The notes under the pieces are model-generated. The model saw nothing but the letters and a program-made list of their open reading frames with translations, searched no databases and was not told the origin of the DNA. The translations under genes were made by a program, and so were the position numbers. From IMG/VR virus record IMGVR_UViG_3300033121_002101, positions 96,001-160,000 of that record: a DNA stretch of 64,000 nucleotides. One strand, given 5' to 3'. This document shows positions 25,379 to 35,336 of the stretch, piece by piece (position 1 is the first letter of the stretch; each line of letters begins with the position of its first letter). The DNA is from a virus. Lineage: Duplodnaviria > Caudoviricetes.

Positions 25379-27462
25379 GTAAGCTTTTGTTTAGTGATTC
25401 AAATAATCCTCTTATTTTTACACTTCCTGACGTTTTTGTTGAACATTACGTTGGTAGACAACCAAAGTGGGGCCCAGTTGGTTATGTAACGTACAAGAGA
25501 ACTTATGCAAGACCACTCAAGACTGGATCTTTATACGATAGGCATATTAATTTAGCTAAAACAGCGGGTTTACTTGTATCTGAGACAGACGACGGTAAGT
25601 ACGGTACAGAAGAGTACTGGCTTACATGTACAAGAGTTGTTGAAGGAACATTTTCTGTTTTAAGAACGCACTGCAAAAATCTAAATGTACCATGGGATGA
25701 TGCAAAAGGTATTAGAGATGCAGAAGAGATGTTCAGATTGATGTGGGAGTTTAAATTTTTGCCGCCTGGCCGTGGTTTGTTCGTAATGGGATCACCAATT
25801 GTTGAAAAGAAAGGCGCCGGGGCATTAAATAATTGCGCATTTATTTCTACTAAAGACATTGATAAGAATTTCGCTGAGCCATTTTGTTTCTTAATGGACT
25901 TTAGTGCACTTGGCGTTGGCGTTGGTAGTGATGTTCGTGGTGCTGGCAAAATTGAAATCTGTAAGCCAACAGTAGATGAAAACTACACTTTTATCGTTGA
26001 AGATTCGAGAGAAGGTTGGGTTACTCTTTTAAGGACAGTTCTGTCAGCATATGCTGATACAGAGTGTGTGATGCCAGGCAAAATTGACTATTCAAGAATT
26101 AGAAAGCGCGGAACTTTATTAAAGACATTTGGTGGTACAGCATCAGGTCCGTCTGCTCTTATAGAGTTAATTGATGATATTAAAACATTGCTTAACAGAA
26201 GAGCAGGGCATCTTATTCTTTCATCTGACATTGTTGATATCAACAACATGATTGGTCGTTGTATTGTAGCTGGAAACTCAAGGCGCTCTGCTGAAATCAT
26301 GTTTGGTGATACAACTGATGAAGCATTCCTTGAATTAAAAGACCCAACCAAATTTCCAAAAGAATTAAGTTCATATCGCTGGGCATCAAATAATTCAGTA
26401 TTCGCAACTGTAGGACAATCATATGATAAGGTTGGCTCACAAACAGCCAAAAATGGAGAGCCGGGATATTTTTGGCTTGAAAATGCTAAAGCATATGGAA
26501 GAATGGGTCATGGAGAAAAAGACAACAAAGATGCAGAAGCACTTGGCGGTAATCCATGTTTAGAGCAAACACTTCACAATTATGAATTGTGCACACTTGT
26601 TGAAACATTCCCAGAGCTGCATGACGGTCTAAATGACTATCTTCATACGTTAAAGTATGCATACATGTACGCAAAAACAGTTACACTTATACCAACACAC
26701 TACATGCCAACGAATGCAGTTCTTCTTAAGAATAGAAGAATTGGTTGTTCGATGTCAGGTATAGTTCAAGCAATTAAAAAGTTTGGGCGCCATAAATTTT
26801 TTACAATGTGCGATGCTGGATATAATTTCATACAAAGATTAGATGAAGAATATTCTGGATGGATGTGTGTACCAAGAAGTATTAAAACTACGTCTGTTAA
26901 GCCATCTGGAACTACATCTCTATTGCCAGGTCAAACGCCAGGAATTCATAGCCCAGAATCTGAATATTACATGAGAGTAATCAGATTTGCCAAAGACTCA
27001 TGGATGCTTGAAAAACTAAGAAATGCTGGATATCAATGCATTGATATTGATGAGAATAAAGAGCCTAATACATGTGCTGTTTATTTTCCTGTCAAGGTTG
27101 AGTGCTTTGATAGAGCTGAAAGAGATGTTTCGATGTGGGAACAACTTGAATTAGCAGCTGCGATGCAGCATTATTGGGCTGATAATCAAGTAAGTGTTAC
27201 TGTGAAGTTTAATCCAGAAAGAGAAGGTCATGATATTCCAAGAGCACTTGAGTATTATCAGACAAAACTGAAAGGTGTAAGCTTTCTACCAGATGTTGAA
27301 ATGTCATATGAACATATGCCATACCAGACGATAACACGTGAACAGTGGGAAGAAGCTTCATCTAAAATAACTGAACTTGATCTTGGTGAAACTTCTCATG
27401 AGGTTACAGAATCATTCTGTGACGGAACTGCTTGCGAGTGGCGTCCGAATGTAAAACATTGA
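25375..27462 (+). CDS. nrdJ: Class II (adenosylcobalamin) ribonucleotide reductase, monomeric RTPR type
   Basis: PPGRGL, LNNC, GGNPCLEQ, CTLVE, TSVKPSGT, DNQVSVT, C-terminal FCDGTAC. Confidence 0.95.
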   Translation: MSKLLFSDSNNPLIFTLPDVFVEHYVGRQPKWGPVGYVTYKRTYARPLKTGSLYDRHINLAKTAGLLVSETDDGKYGTEEYWLTCTRVVEGTFSVLRTHCKNLNVPWDDAKGIRDAEEMFRLMWEFKFLPPGRGLFVMGSPIVEKKGAGALNNCAFISTKDIDKNFAEPFCFLMDFSALGVGVGSDVRGAGKIEICKPTVDENYTFIVEDSREGWVTLLRTVLSAYADTECVMPGKIDYSRIRKRGTLLKTFGGTASGPSALIELIDDIKTLLNRRAGHLILSSDIVDINNMIGRCIVAGNSRRSAEIMFGDTTDEAFLELKDPTKFPKELSSYRWASNNSVFATVGQSYDKVGSQTAKNGEPGYFWLENAKAYGRMGHGEKDNKDAEALGGNPCLEQTLHNYELCTLVETFPELHDGLNDYLHTLKYAYMYAKTVTLIPTHYMPTNAVLLKNRRIGCSMSGIVQAIKKFGRHKFFTMCDAGYNFIQRLDEEYSGWMCVPRSIKTTSVKPSGTTSLLPGQTPGIHSPESEYYMRVIRFAKDSWMLEKLRNAGYQCIDIDENKEPNTCAVYFPVKVECFDRAERDVSMWEQLELAAAMQHYWADNQVSVTVKFNPEREGHDIPRALEYYQTKLKGVSFLPDVEMSYEHMPYQTITREQWEEASSKITELDLGETSHEVTESFCDGTACEWRPNVKH

Positions 27463-27479
27463 TGAATTAAAATTGTTTA

Positions 27480-27737
27480 ATGGCAATTCTTTGTTTTTTA
27501 AACATTAAAGACTCAACAGGTAAAATCGTTTTTAATAGGAGCATGCGATTTTTAGTAGAGCCTAGAGTTGGTGATTTGATTGACATGAAGTGTTTTGGTA
27601 ATTTGCCTTTTGAAATTAAAAAATTCTTTTGCAAAGTTATAAATACGATTCATGTAGTTGAAGAAACTACTGATTATGATGATGATTATTCTTGCTTAAA
27701 GATTTTCGCAGAAATTTGTGAAAGAGATTATGAGTGA
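27480..27737 (+). CDS. Hypothetical protein
   Basis: 85-aa ORF in operon context. Confidence 0.55.
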   Translation: MAILCFLNIKDSTGKIVFNRSMRFLVEPRVGDLIDMKCFGNLPFEIKKFFCKVINTIHVVEETTDYDDDYSCLKIFAEICERDYE

Positions 27738-28644
27738 ATTACCGTTAAGACTTGTTACGCATAAAAACTGTTTAGATGGCAGCATGTCTGCTATTGTTTT
27801 TGAAGCTTATTTTGGAAAACAAGAAGTATTGTTTGTTAATCCAAATGAAGTTGATGATGTAAAAGACAGAGAGCTTTACAAAACATATTTTGTTGACGTA
27901 TGCCCGTCTACTTCTTTAGAGCATGAAGTTATTTTAGATCATCATTTTTCAAGTGAACAAAAGTTAAAGAATTGCAATTGCAAAGATTTTATTTTAGATT
28001 TTAACAGATGTGGCTGCCGTATTTTGTTTGAACACTTGCATGATGAGCGATGCGAATTTTTTGGACCTGGTCTTGAAAAAAATTATTTATTAAATGAAAT
28101 CGTTTTAACTGTTGACGATTATGACAGATATGTTTTAAATGAAAAAGAATCAAGTGATCTTGCTGCAATACATGAATCATATGAACAGCAAGACTTTATT
28201 GATGCTGTGTTAGATAACTATGCTGTTTTATCGTCTGAAAAAGATTATAAAAATTTTCATTGGAAACATTTGATCAGCAAAGGTGCATGGGATAATCTTT
28301 CAAGCATTAAAAAGAAAGATAGCATTTATGTTGCAAATGCTTTAAAAAGATCGTGGGTGTCAAGTTTTGTTCATGACAACAAAACAGTTGAAGTTGCAAG
28401 TGTGTTTGCAGAAAAATGCACGAACGAGTTGGCAGATGCTTTATTAGCTCACCACAATGTTAGTTTTTGTGCAATTGTTAATTTTGATAAAATGAAAATA
28501 TCATTTAGAAGCAACAGTGAAGAAATTAACTGTGCTGATATTGCAAACAAATTAAGTAATGGTATTGGTGGCGGTCATAAAAGAGCAGCTGCTATGCCAA
28601 TCGATGATGAACTGGTTAAGATGTTTAAATCTGTTTTAGGATAA
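27718..28644 (+). CDS. DHH/DHHA1 phosphoesterase
   Basis: THKNCLDG, FVD, LDHH, SFRS, GGGHKRAA. Confidence 0.9.
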   Translation: MKEIMSELPLRLVTHKNCLDGSMSAIVFEAYFGKQEVLFVNPNEVDDVKDRELYKTYFVDVCPSTSLEHEVILDHHFSSEQKLKNCNCKDFILDFNRCGCRILFEHLHDERCEFFGPGLEKNYLLNEIVLTVDDYDRYVLNEKESSDLAAIHESYEQQDFIDAVLDNYAVLSSEKDYKNFHWKHLISKGAWDNLSSIKKKDSIYVANALKRSWVSSFVHDNKTVEVASVFAEKCTNELADALLAHHNVSFCAIVNFDKMKISFRSNSEEINCADIANKLSNGIGGGHKRAAAMPIDDELVKMFKSVLG

Positions 28645-28647
28645 AGA

Positions 28648-29553
28648 ATGTATATAACAAGCAACAACATGAATCACTTGTATTACGAACTAGTAAAACA
28701 AGTTACTGAGAATCCAGATTTTGTTTCAAACCCTCGCGGAATGAATACAAAAGAGTCGTTAGCATCTACATTCATGCTTACAAATCCAAGAGCAAGATTA
28801 ATTGATTCAAAAGAACGAAAAGTAAATTATTCTTTCGCTGTCGGAGAGTTGATTTGGTATTTGTCTGCAAACAACAGTCTCAGCTTTATTAAACGCTATA
28901 ATTCTAGACTTGAGCAATTTTCAGATGATGGGACTACATTAAATTCTGCTTACGGCCTTAGAATTTTTGGAACAAATAATAATAGAGAAGCTTCTCAGTT
29001 TCAAAATGTTATAAATGAGCTTGTTAAAGATAGATCTTCAAGAAGAGCAGTCATACACATTTTAGATAAAAACGAAGCATTCAATAAGTCAAAAGACATA
29101 CCGTGCACATGTACGTTGCAATTTTTTATTAGAGATAATAAACTTCATTTGCATACGCACATGAGATCGAATGATGTTTTTTGGGGTGTACCGTATGATG
29201 TTTTTTCTTTTACTGTTATTCAAGAGATAATGACCGATTTACTAAATTGTGTTGATGGCTTTAATTTAGGATTAGAACTTGGAAATTATTATCACACAGC
29301 TGGTTCTCTTCATGTGTATGAACGTCATTTCAAAGATGCAGAAAAGATACTTGAAGAGTATAAGTCATTTGACGGTTCATATACTGAAATGCAACCGATA
29401 TCATATGATGATTCATTGTGTCTAGAAAGATTAGAAAAAGATATTTCTATTCATAAATCAATTGAAATTCCATCTGAATTAAAATACAGTGGAGTTAGTT
29501 GGATGATTGACATGCTTTACAAAAAATGGGGACAACCAATTGAATCAGAATAA
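28648..29553 (+). CDS. Thymidylate-synthase-fold enzyme, probably dCMP hydroxymethylase type
   Basis: SAYG.R, SRRA, DIPCT, MRSNDVFWGVPYD (Asp where ThyA has Asn), SLHVYERH. Confidence 0.85.
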   Translation: MYITSNNMNHLYYELVKQVTENPDFVSNPRGMNTKESLASTFMLTNPRARLIDSKERKVNYSFAVGELIWYLSANNSLSFIKRYNSRLEQFSDDGTTLNSAYGLRIFGTNNNREASQFQNVINELVKDRSSRRAVIHILDKNEAFNKSKDIPCTCTLQFFIRDNKLHLHTHMRSNDVFWGVPYDVFSFTVIQEIMTDLLNCVDGFNLGLELGNYYHTAGSLHVYERHFKDAEKILEEYKSFDGSYTEMQPISYDDSLCLERLEKDISIHKSIEIPSELKYSGVSWMIDMLYKKWGQPIESE

Positions 29554-30142
29554 TCATTTCATAGCTACTCTGCTTGACAACAGTAAACAGAGTCTTTGCA
29601 ATGTTAGTGCTATTGATATAGGCACTGTTACAGATGTTGATGTGAACAATTCTTTGTGTGACAAATGCAATGGACTTTTGATAAATCCATTTTTAGATGG
29701 AGTTACACACATAAACGTTTATAGTAAAGCACACACACAACTTGGAAAATTTCTTTCAAACTTTGCATTATCTCCAATAGAAACAGAAGACGGAAATTTT
29801 AAAAGCATCGAAGGGTATTGGTATTGGTTATTGTCAAAAGATGATAGATTGAGAAAACTTTTTGGTTTTTCTGCAAAGAAACTAGGAAGATCTATCACTG
29901 GCGAAATTAATAAAGATGATGACGAAGATTTTAAATTAAAAATAAAGATTGCTTTTGTAAAAAAGATTTCATTAAATGAAAAAATGTGGAATGAACTTAG
30001 AAATACAAAAGTTCCGCTTACACATTACTATGTGATGAATGGTATAGCTGTGTTTCCAAAGCATGGAAATTGGCTCGTAGAGTTCATAGATGATATGAGA
30101 ATCGGAGAATCAAATGAACCAGAATCGTATTTACAGAGATGA
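29507..30142 (+). CDS. NADAR-like protein (T4 gp30.3-like)
   Basis: HINVYSK...LGKFLSNFA...FKSIEGYWYWL...AKKLGR...LTHYY. Confidence 0.65.
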   Translation: MTCFTKNGDNQLNQNNHFIATLLDNSKQSLCNVSAIDIGTVTDVDVNNSLCDKCNGLLINPFLDGVTHINVYSKAHTQLGKFLSNFALSPIETEDGNFKSIEGYWYWLLSKDDRLRKLFGFSAKKLGRSITGEINKDDDEDFKLKIKIAFVKKISLNEKMWNELRNTKVPLTHYYVMNGIAVFPKHGNWLVEFIDDMRIGESNEPESYLQR

Positions 30143-30515
30143 AGTAGTTCTTGGCAAAGAAATATTTGTATTCGGTTCAAATATTCGTGGCCTTCATGGT
30201 GGCGGTGCTGCACTGTTCGCAAAGAAATATTGTGGTGCTATAATGGGTGAAGGTGATGGCCCACAAGGCATGAGTTATGCGCTTCCAACAAAATATTACT
30301 TCGATCGTTCAGTAACAGTTGAAAGACTTGCTGATAATGTTGAAGCATTTAAAAACTATGCGAGAGAAAATAGTGATAAAATGTTTTTTGTAACTCGCGT
30401 AGGATGCGGGCTAGCTGGTTTTAAAGATGCTGATGTCGCACCAATGTTTACAGATGCACCTTTAAACTGCGTATTACCAACAGCGTGGAGATCAATTGTA
30501 GAGGAAGCACCATAA
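30114..30515 (+). CDS. Macrodomain-like phage protein (A1S_2505-type)
   Basis: IFVFGSN..G.HGGGAA, SYALPT, FFVTRVGCGLAG. Confidence 0.75.
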   Translation: MNQNRIYRDEVVLGKEIFVFGSNIRGLHGGGAALFAKKYCGAIMGEGDGPQGMSYALPTKYYFDRSVTVERLADNVEAFKNYARENSDKMFFVTRVGCGLAGFKDADVAPMFTDAPLNCVLPTAWRSIVEEAP

Positions 30516-30976
30516 TGGAATTAAGAGAATTTGTTCAAGAAAATGAATTAATAGATCCAAGAAGCACAGATCTTGTAGAAAACTATTATAAAGAGTATTC
30601 AGCAAGATCTGAAAAAGATATGCTTTCTCACTGCTTCTCTTTACAAGCTTCTTTTATGGAGATGCTTAGAGCAGATGGCCGGTTTCCGAAATGGCCACTT
30701 GACTTATCTTCAAAAGAAGAACAAAGACAGCTACAAACTTATCTGTGGGATACTGTCAGAGAGATATCAGAAGCCTCAGCAGCTCTTAAGAATAGAATAC
30801 ATAGAGTTAAAGAAGAGCCATTCATGAGGCAAGATTTTCTTGAAGAAATGGGTGATGCTTTTGCTTTCTTTATGGAAAGTCTTTTACTCGCTGGTTTCAC
30901 AGCAGAAGACTTATACAAAGAATATAAAAGAAAGAATTTTCACGTTACATGCGCTCTACTTACAAAAGAGAGATAA
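30515..30976 (+). CDS. All-alpha (MazG/dimeric dUTPase-like) NTP pyrophosphatase, candidate dCTPase
   Basis: REISEA...FLEEMGDAFAF...EDLYKEYKRKN. Confidence 0.75.
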   Translation: MELREFVQENELIDPRSTDLVENYYKEYSARSEKDMLSHCFSLQASFMEMLRADGRFPKWPLDLSSKEEQRQLQTYLWDTVREISEASAALKNRIHRVKEEPFMRQDFLEEMGDAFAFFMESLLLAGFTAEDLYKEYKRKNFHVTCALLTKER

Positions 30977-31031
30977 CAAGCGCTTATCATGAGTAATGAT
31001 ACTTTGAATAGCGACTTGTTTTAGAAAAGGA

Positions 31032-31622
31032 GTGTATATGATTGCAAGTGGTAATATTGAGTCGACTGATAAATTTGATTTTTCTAAATACAAAAAGACA
31101 AGTTTAGAGTGGTGGGAAAAAACAAAGTCTTCAAATGAAAATTTGAATAAGTGGCTTTCACGACAATATGTTGGAGAGATTGCAGCTGTAAACATGATGT
31201 CAGAAATGCTCTTAAGGTTTGGTTCTGAACTTTCAAAACAAGATTGGAAAGACCTTTGGAATATTATGCGCCAAGAAGCAACACATGCTTTATGGATTAA
31301 AGAATTGTTAGACGCAAGAGGCATTAGTCCAGAGCATGATCCTGTTCACGATAAAAGATACTGGGCTGAAGTTTTACCGAATATTAAGAATTCAACTGAT
31401 GCATTTGAAGCAGCTTTTCACGCTGAAAATATGCGCCTAGATAGAATAGCTGTTATTGCTTTCGATGATTCAGCACCAGTTGACATTGTAAATGTTTTTA
31501 AAAAAATTCTTGTTCATGAATCATGGCATGAAACATTTTTTAATAAAATGAGGAACAACAGCGAAAAAATGTCAAAGTATCATGAGCGCGGCTTAGATGC
31601 TTTGAATTTGATTTTAACATGA
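31032..31622 (+). CDS. Ferritin-like diiron protein
   Basis: E (GEIAA), ExxH (QEATH), E (HAENM), ExxH (HESWH). Confidence 0.75.
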   Translation: MYMIASGNIESTDKFDFSKYKKTSLEWWEKTKSSNENLNKWLSRQYVGEIAAVNMMSEMLLRFGSELSKQDWKDLWNIMRQEATHALWIKELLDARGISPEHDPVHDKRYWAEVLPNIKNSTDAFEAAFHAENMRLDRIAVIAFDDSAPVDIVNVFKKILVHESWHETFFNKMRNNSEKMSKYHERGLDALNLILT

Positions 31623-31858
31623 ACAATGAACAACTTGTCAGAATAGTTGGACAAGTTGTGTGCCGGCAAGTAGGAACAGTCAATACTGTTTGCTATTTTG
31701 CCGGCACGCATTTGTTTCAGATGGAATTACAGTTTGAAAAAGATATGACACTCGAAGAAGTGGAAAAGTGGCCGTTTGTTCATCACACATTAAAAACTAA
31801 ATTATTTTTAATGTCACAATCAAATGATCGCGAATTTGTTCTCGACAGGGTATTATAA
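31619..31858 (+). CDS. Hypothetical protein
   Basis: 79-aa ORF overlapping the upstream stop. Confidence 0.45.
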   Translation: MNNEQLVRIVGQVVCRQVGTVNTVCYFAGTHLFQMELQFEKDMTLEEVEKWPFVHHTLKTKLFLMSQSNDREFVLDRVL

Positions 31859-31865
31859 TACATAA

Positions 31866-34800
31866 GTGCCATCAATGATAAAAGATTTCGTAGGACTACA
31901 CAACCATAGTGCATTTTCATTTCAAGATGGTATAGCAACTCCAGAGGAATTGGTTGTTGCTGCAAAAGATAGGGGTTTAAATGCACTTGCGATAACTGAG
32001 CATGGCCATTGTCATTCACATGCTCAGTTTCATTTTGCGTGCAAGAAGCATTCTTTCAAAGGAATATTTGGTGTAGAAGCTTACGTTATAAATTCTATAT
32101 CTGAATGGTCTACGCTACGTGATAAGTTACGTAGTGAGCGTGCTGCGAGAAAAAATAAAGTAGAAACAGACGATTCTGATATAGACATAGAGTCTGCTTC
32201 TGAGCAAGATAAAAATGCTCGTCGTATTCTTAATCGCAAAGGCCACCTTGTTTTGCTGGCCAAGAATGACAAAGGCTTATCAAACATATACCAGATTGTC
32301 CACCGTGCTCATAGAGATGGCTTTTATCAAAAGCCTAGGGCCGATAAGGACATATTACGTGAGTTATCTGGTGACATCGTGGCATCATCTGCATGTATGG
32401 GTGGTGTCATATCAAATAAGTGTTGGCAGTTGCAGAGGAATGAATGTGATTGGGCTGAAGTTGTAAAGGAAGCTGAAGAGTTTGATGACATATTCAAGCG
32501 CGGCAATTTCTTTTTAGAGCTTCAATTTAATGAGCATGAAAATCAAAAGTTCATTAATGAGTGTATGATTCGTCTGCATAAAGAGACTGGCATACCACTT
32601 TCTGTTACAACTGATGCTCATTACGTAAAAGATGATGATTGGCAAACGCAACAGTTGCTTCACATGCTTTTGTCACATAGAGGCAAGCGTCCAATAACAA
32701 TGAATTCTCTTCCCGAGAATTATGATTTCAAAGTGAAGTCACTTTATGTAAAGTCTGCCGAGCAGATGTATGAAGCTTATCTTCGTTGGAATCCAGAATT
32801 ACCACGTGAATTAGTCGATCAAGCATTTGCAAATGTTCTTGATATTAATTCAATGATAAGTGACTATAACCCAAACACATCACCTCGTTTGCCAACTTTG
32901 AAATACGAGAGCCCATTAAAAGAAGTTGCTGAAAGAGCAATTGAATCTCTTAAACTAAGAGGTTTGGCAGATGATGAAAGATACACACAAAGACTTCTCT
33001 ATGAAGTAAAAGTTATTAAAGATAAGGGTATTGCACCGTACTTTCTTGTCGTAAAGCAAATCGTTGAACGCGCAAAGAAAGAAATGTTAATTGGCCCAGG
33101 CAGAGGGTCGGCTGCTGGAAGTCTTTTGTGTTACCTTCTTGGAATCACAAACATTGATCCGATTGAACATAAATTGATGTTTGAAAGGTTCATCAATGTT
33201 GACCGAATGGAATTGCCAGACATCGATCTCGACTTCGAAGATGTTGATAGAGTAAAAGATGTTTTGCGTGAAATGTTTGGTAGTGACAATGTCGCTTGTA
33301 TTTCTGCTTATGGAACAAATCAGATCAAAGGTTTGTTAAAAGATGTTTGCAGAGTGTATGACATTGATCACACTGAAGTCAATAAAGCAAATGCTTTAAT
33401 TGAACGTGAACTAAAAGCACTCTACAACGAAGGTGAAACAAGGTCTACTGTAACAATCAAAATGGAAGATGTATACAGGCTTAGCCCTACTTTTCGTGGG
33501 TTACTAGAAAAATATCCACAGATAGAGCAACCAGTTAACAGATTGTACGGAAGACCGCATCATGTAAGCAGACATGCTTCAGGTGTTGTTATCGGTGATA
33601 ATTTACCAGCAGAAACAGCTGTGTTTTATTCTGGTGCTGCTGGACAAAAGACATTACAAACATCATTCACTGATGGTATTGTCAATAAAGACTTGTCAAA
33701 CATGGGACTTGTTAAGTTTGATATTCTTTCATTGGCTACTCTTTCTGTTATTAGAAAAACATGTGAAATTGTTTCTAAGAATACCGGAAGAGATATAAAC
33801 GACGTAATGGATGAAATTGACCCGAAGAAGATTGATTTTAATGACCAACATGTCATGAAGACTGTTTTCTGGGAAGGTAACTTAACTGGAATATTTCAAT
33901 CATCTCAGCAAGGAATGAGACGACTTTTACAGCAAGTTAAGCCTGAAACTTTTGAAGATGTTGCTGCTACATGTGCTCTTTACAGACCAGGTCCGCTTGG
34001 ATCTGGAATGGATCAAATGTATGCAAGAAGAAAAAATGGATTGGAAGATGTTTCATATGACCATCCAATTCTTGAAAGCATTTTAAAAGATACGTACGGC
34101 TGCTTGATTTATCAAGAGCAAATGCTTGAAATAGGCAGGCAGCTTGGTAACATGTCTTGGAAAGATGTTAACAGACTTAGAAAGCTTTTCTTAAAGAAAG
34201 ATAAGTCTAAGCAAGATGATTTCGTAAAGAAAGAAGAAGTTGAACTAAAAGAAAAACTTGTAGCTGGTGTCATGTCGCATGGCATGACAGAGAAACAAGG
34301 AAATGATTTGTGGGATATGTGCGGTAAGTTTGGTGGCTATGGGTTTAACGTAGCACACGCAAAGTCATACGGCATGGTAACAATGCAAACCGCATATCTT
34401 AGAACATATTATCCTGTTGAGTTTTTAGCTGCTGTTTTAGCAGTTGGACAAACAGGTGAAGTACAAGAAGACATTGATGACATTAGACGTCAAGGGTTTA
34501 ATGTACTTCCGGTAGATATAAATCTTTCAATGGATGACTATAGAGTTGAGGGAAATGCAATAAGACTTTCTCTTTCTGTTGTCAAAGGCATTGGTAAGTC
34601 AGCTGTTGAAAAGATTATGTCTAATCGACCATACACATCATTCAGTGATTTTCTTTATCGCTCTGGTGCAACAAAAACTTCAATAATGCCATTGATAAAA
34701 GTTGGAGCTTTTTATTCACTCGTAAATGAGTTTGGTGATAATATAGATGATGGAGTCCATCGCCAAGCATTGCTTGACACATATGATGTATTTACAGAAG

Positions 34801-35336
34801 CAAAAGGAAATACAAAAAGAGGTAGGCAAGATTTTGAATTGATTAGAGATGAACTCATATCAAAAATCGATAAAGTCAAGCCAATCTCCCCAATAGAAAT
34901 GAGTGCTTGGGAATCTGAATTCTTATCATTCAATGTTCTTTATAGTCCATTTTCAATGAATGGAAGATCAGAAAAAGTTAAAATGTTTGCAGATGCTGGC
35001 GCAATTTCAACATACGATGAGTTTGTTGAATCAGATGAGCTTGTTACAAGAATGCCAGTCATTATAAAAGAGTGGCGTGAGAAGATCCAAAAAAATGGAC
35101 AGATGATGGGCTTCTTAAAATTTGGAATGAAAGACGGAAGAGAATTTGAAGCTCCAGCATTTTCAGGTATATGGAAATTTGCTTCAAAGATTTTAAGCAA
35201 AGGTGATCTTTATATTGTTACATTTAACAAAAAAGAAGAAGATCCGCAAAGGATGATAATAGGTAAGCCCGGGTGGTTTCACTCAAGAGAAGATTGTATA
35301 AAATACTTTATAAGAATAGACGATTTGGAGATATAA
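31866..35336 (+). CDS. dnaE: DNA polymerase III alpha subunit (family C)
   Basis: PHP domain LHNHS..S..DG; GPGRGSAAGSL; FERF; PDIDLDF; HASGVVI; KFDILSL; GYGFNVAHA. Confidence 0.97.
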   Translation: MPSMIKDFVGLHNHSAFSFQDGIATPEELVVAAKDRGLNALAITEHGHCHSHAQFHFACKKHSFKGIFGVEAYVINSISEWSTLRDKLRSERAARKNKVETDDSDIDIESASEQDKNARRILNRKGHLVLLAKNDKGLSNIYQIVHRAHRDGFYQKPRADKDILRELSGDIVASSACMGGVISNKCWQLQRNECDWAEVVKEAEEFDDIFKRGNFFLELQFNEHENQKFINECMIRLHKETGIPLSVTTDAHYVKDDDWQTQQLLHMLLSHRGKRPITMNSLPENYDFKVKSLYVKSAEQMYEAYLRWNPELPRELVDQAFANVLDINSMISDYNPNTSPRLPTLKYESPLKEVAERAIESLKLRGLADDERYTQRLLYEVKVIKDKGIAPYFLVVKQIVERAKKEMLIGPGRGSAAGSLLCYLLGITNIDPIEHKLMFERFINVDRMELPDIDLDFEDVDRVKDVLREMFGSDNVACISAYGTNQIKGLLKDVCRVYDIDHTEVNKANALIERELKALYNEGETRSTVTIKMEDVYRLSPTFRGLLEKYPQIEQPVNRLYGRPHHVSRHASGVVIGDNLPAETAVFYSGAAGQKTLQTSFTDGIVNKDLSNMGLVKFDILSLATLSVIRKTCEIVSKNTGRDINDVMDEIDPKKIDFNDQHVMKTVFWEGNLTGIFQSSQQGMRRLLQQVKPETFEDVAATCALYRPGPLGSGMDQMYARRKNGLEDVSYDHPILESILKDTYGCLIYQEQMLEIGRQLGNMSWKDVNRLRKLFLKKDKSKQDDFVKKEEVELKEKLVAGVMSHGMTEKQGNDLWDMCGKFGGYGFNVAHAKSYGMVTMQTAYLRTYYPVEFLAAVLAVGQTGEVQEDIDDIRRQGFNVLPVDINLSMDDYRVEGNAIRLSLSVVKGIGKSAVEKIMSNRPYTSFSDFLYRSGATKTSIMPLIKVGAFYSLVNEFGDNIDDGVHRQALLDTYDVFTEAKGNTKRGRQDFELIRDELISKIDKVKPISPIEMSAWESEFLSFNVLYSPFSMNGRSEKVKMFADAGAISTYDEFVESDELVTRMPVIIKEWREKIQKNGQMMGFLKFGMKDGREFEAPAFSGIWKFASKILSKGDLYIVTFNKKEEDPQRMIIGKPGWFHSREDCIKYFIRIDDLEI

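Noticed and set aside
31032-31622. Class I RNR small subunit (NrdB)
   Set aside because: Too short, lacks recognisable R2 motifs, and the RNR present is class II.
23978-35336. Inteins or group I introns in the helicase, NrdJ or DnaE
   Set aside because: Lengths are normal, motifs are contiguous and no intein splice motifs were seen.
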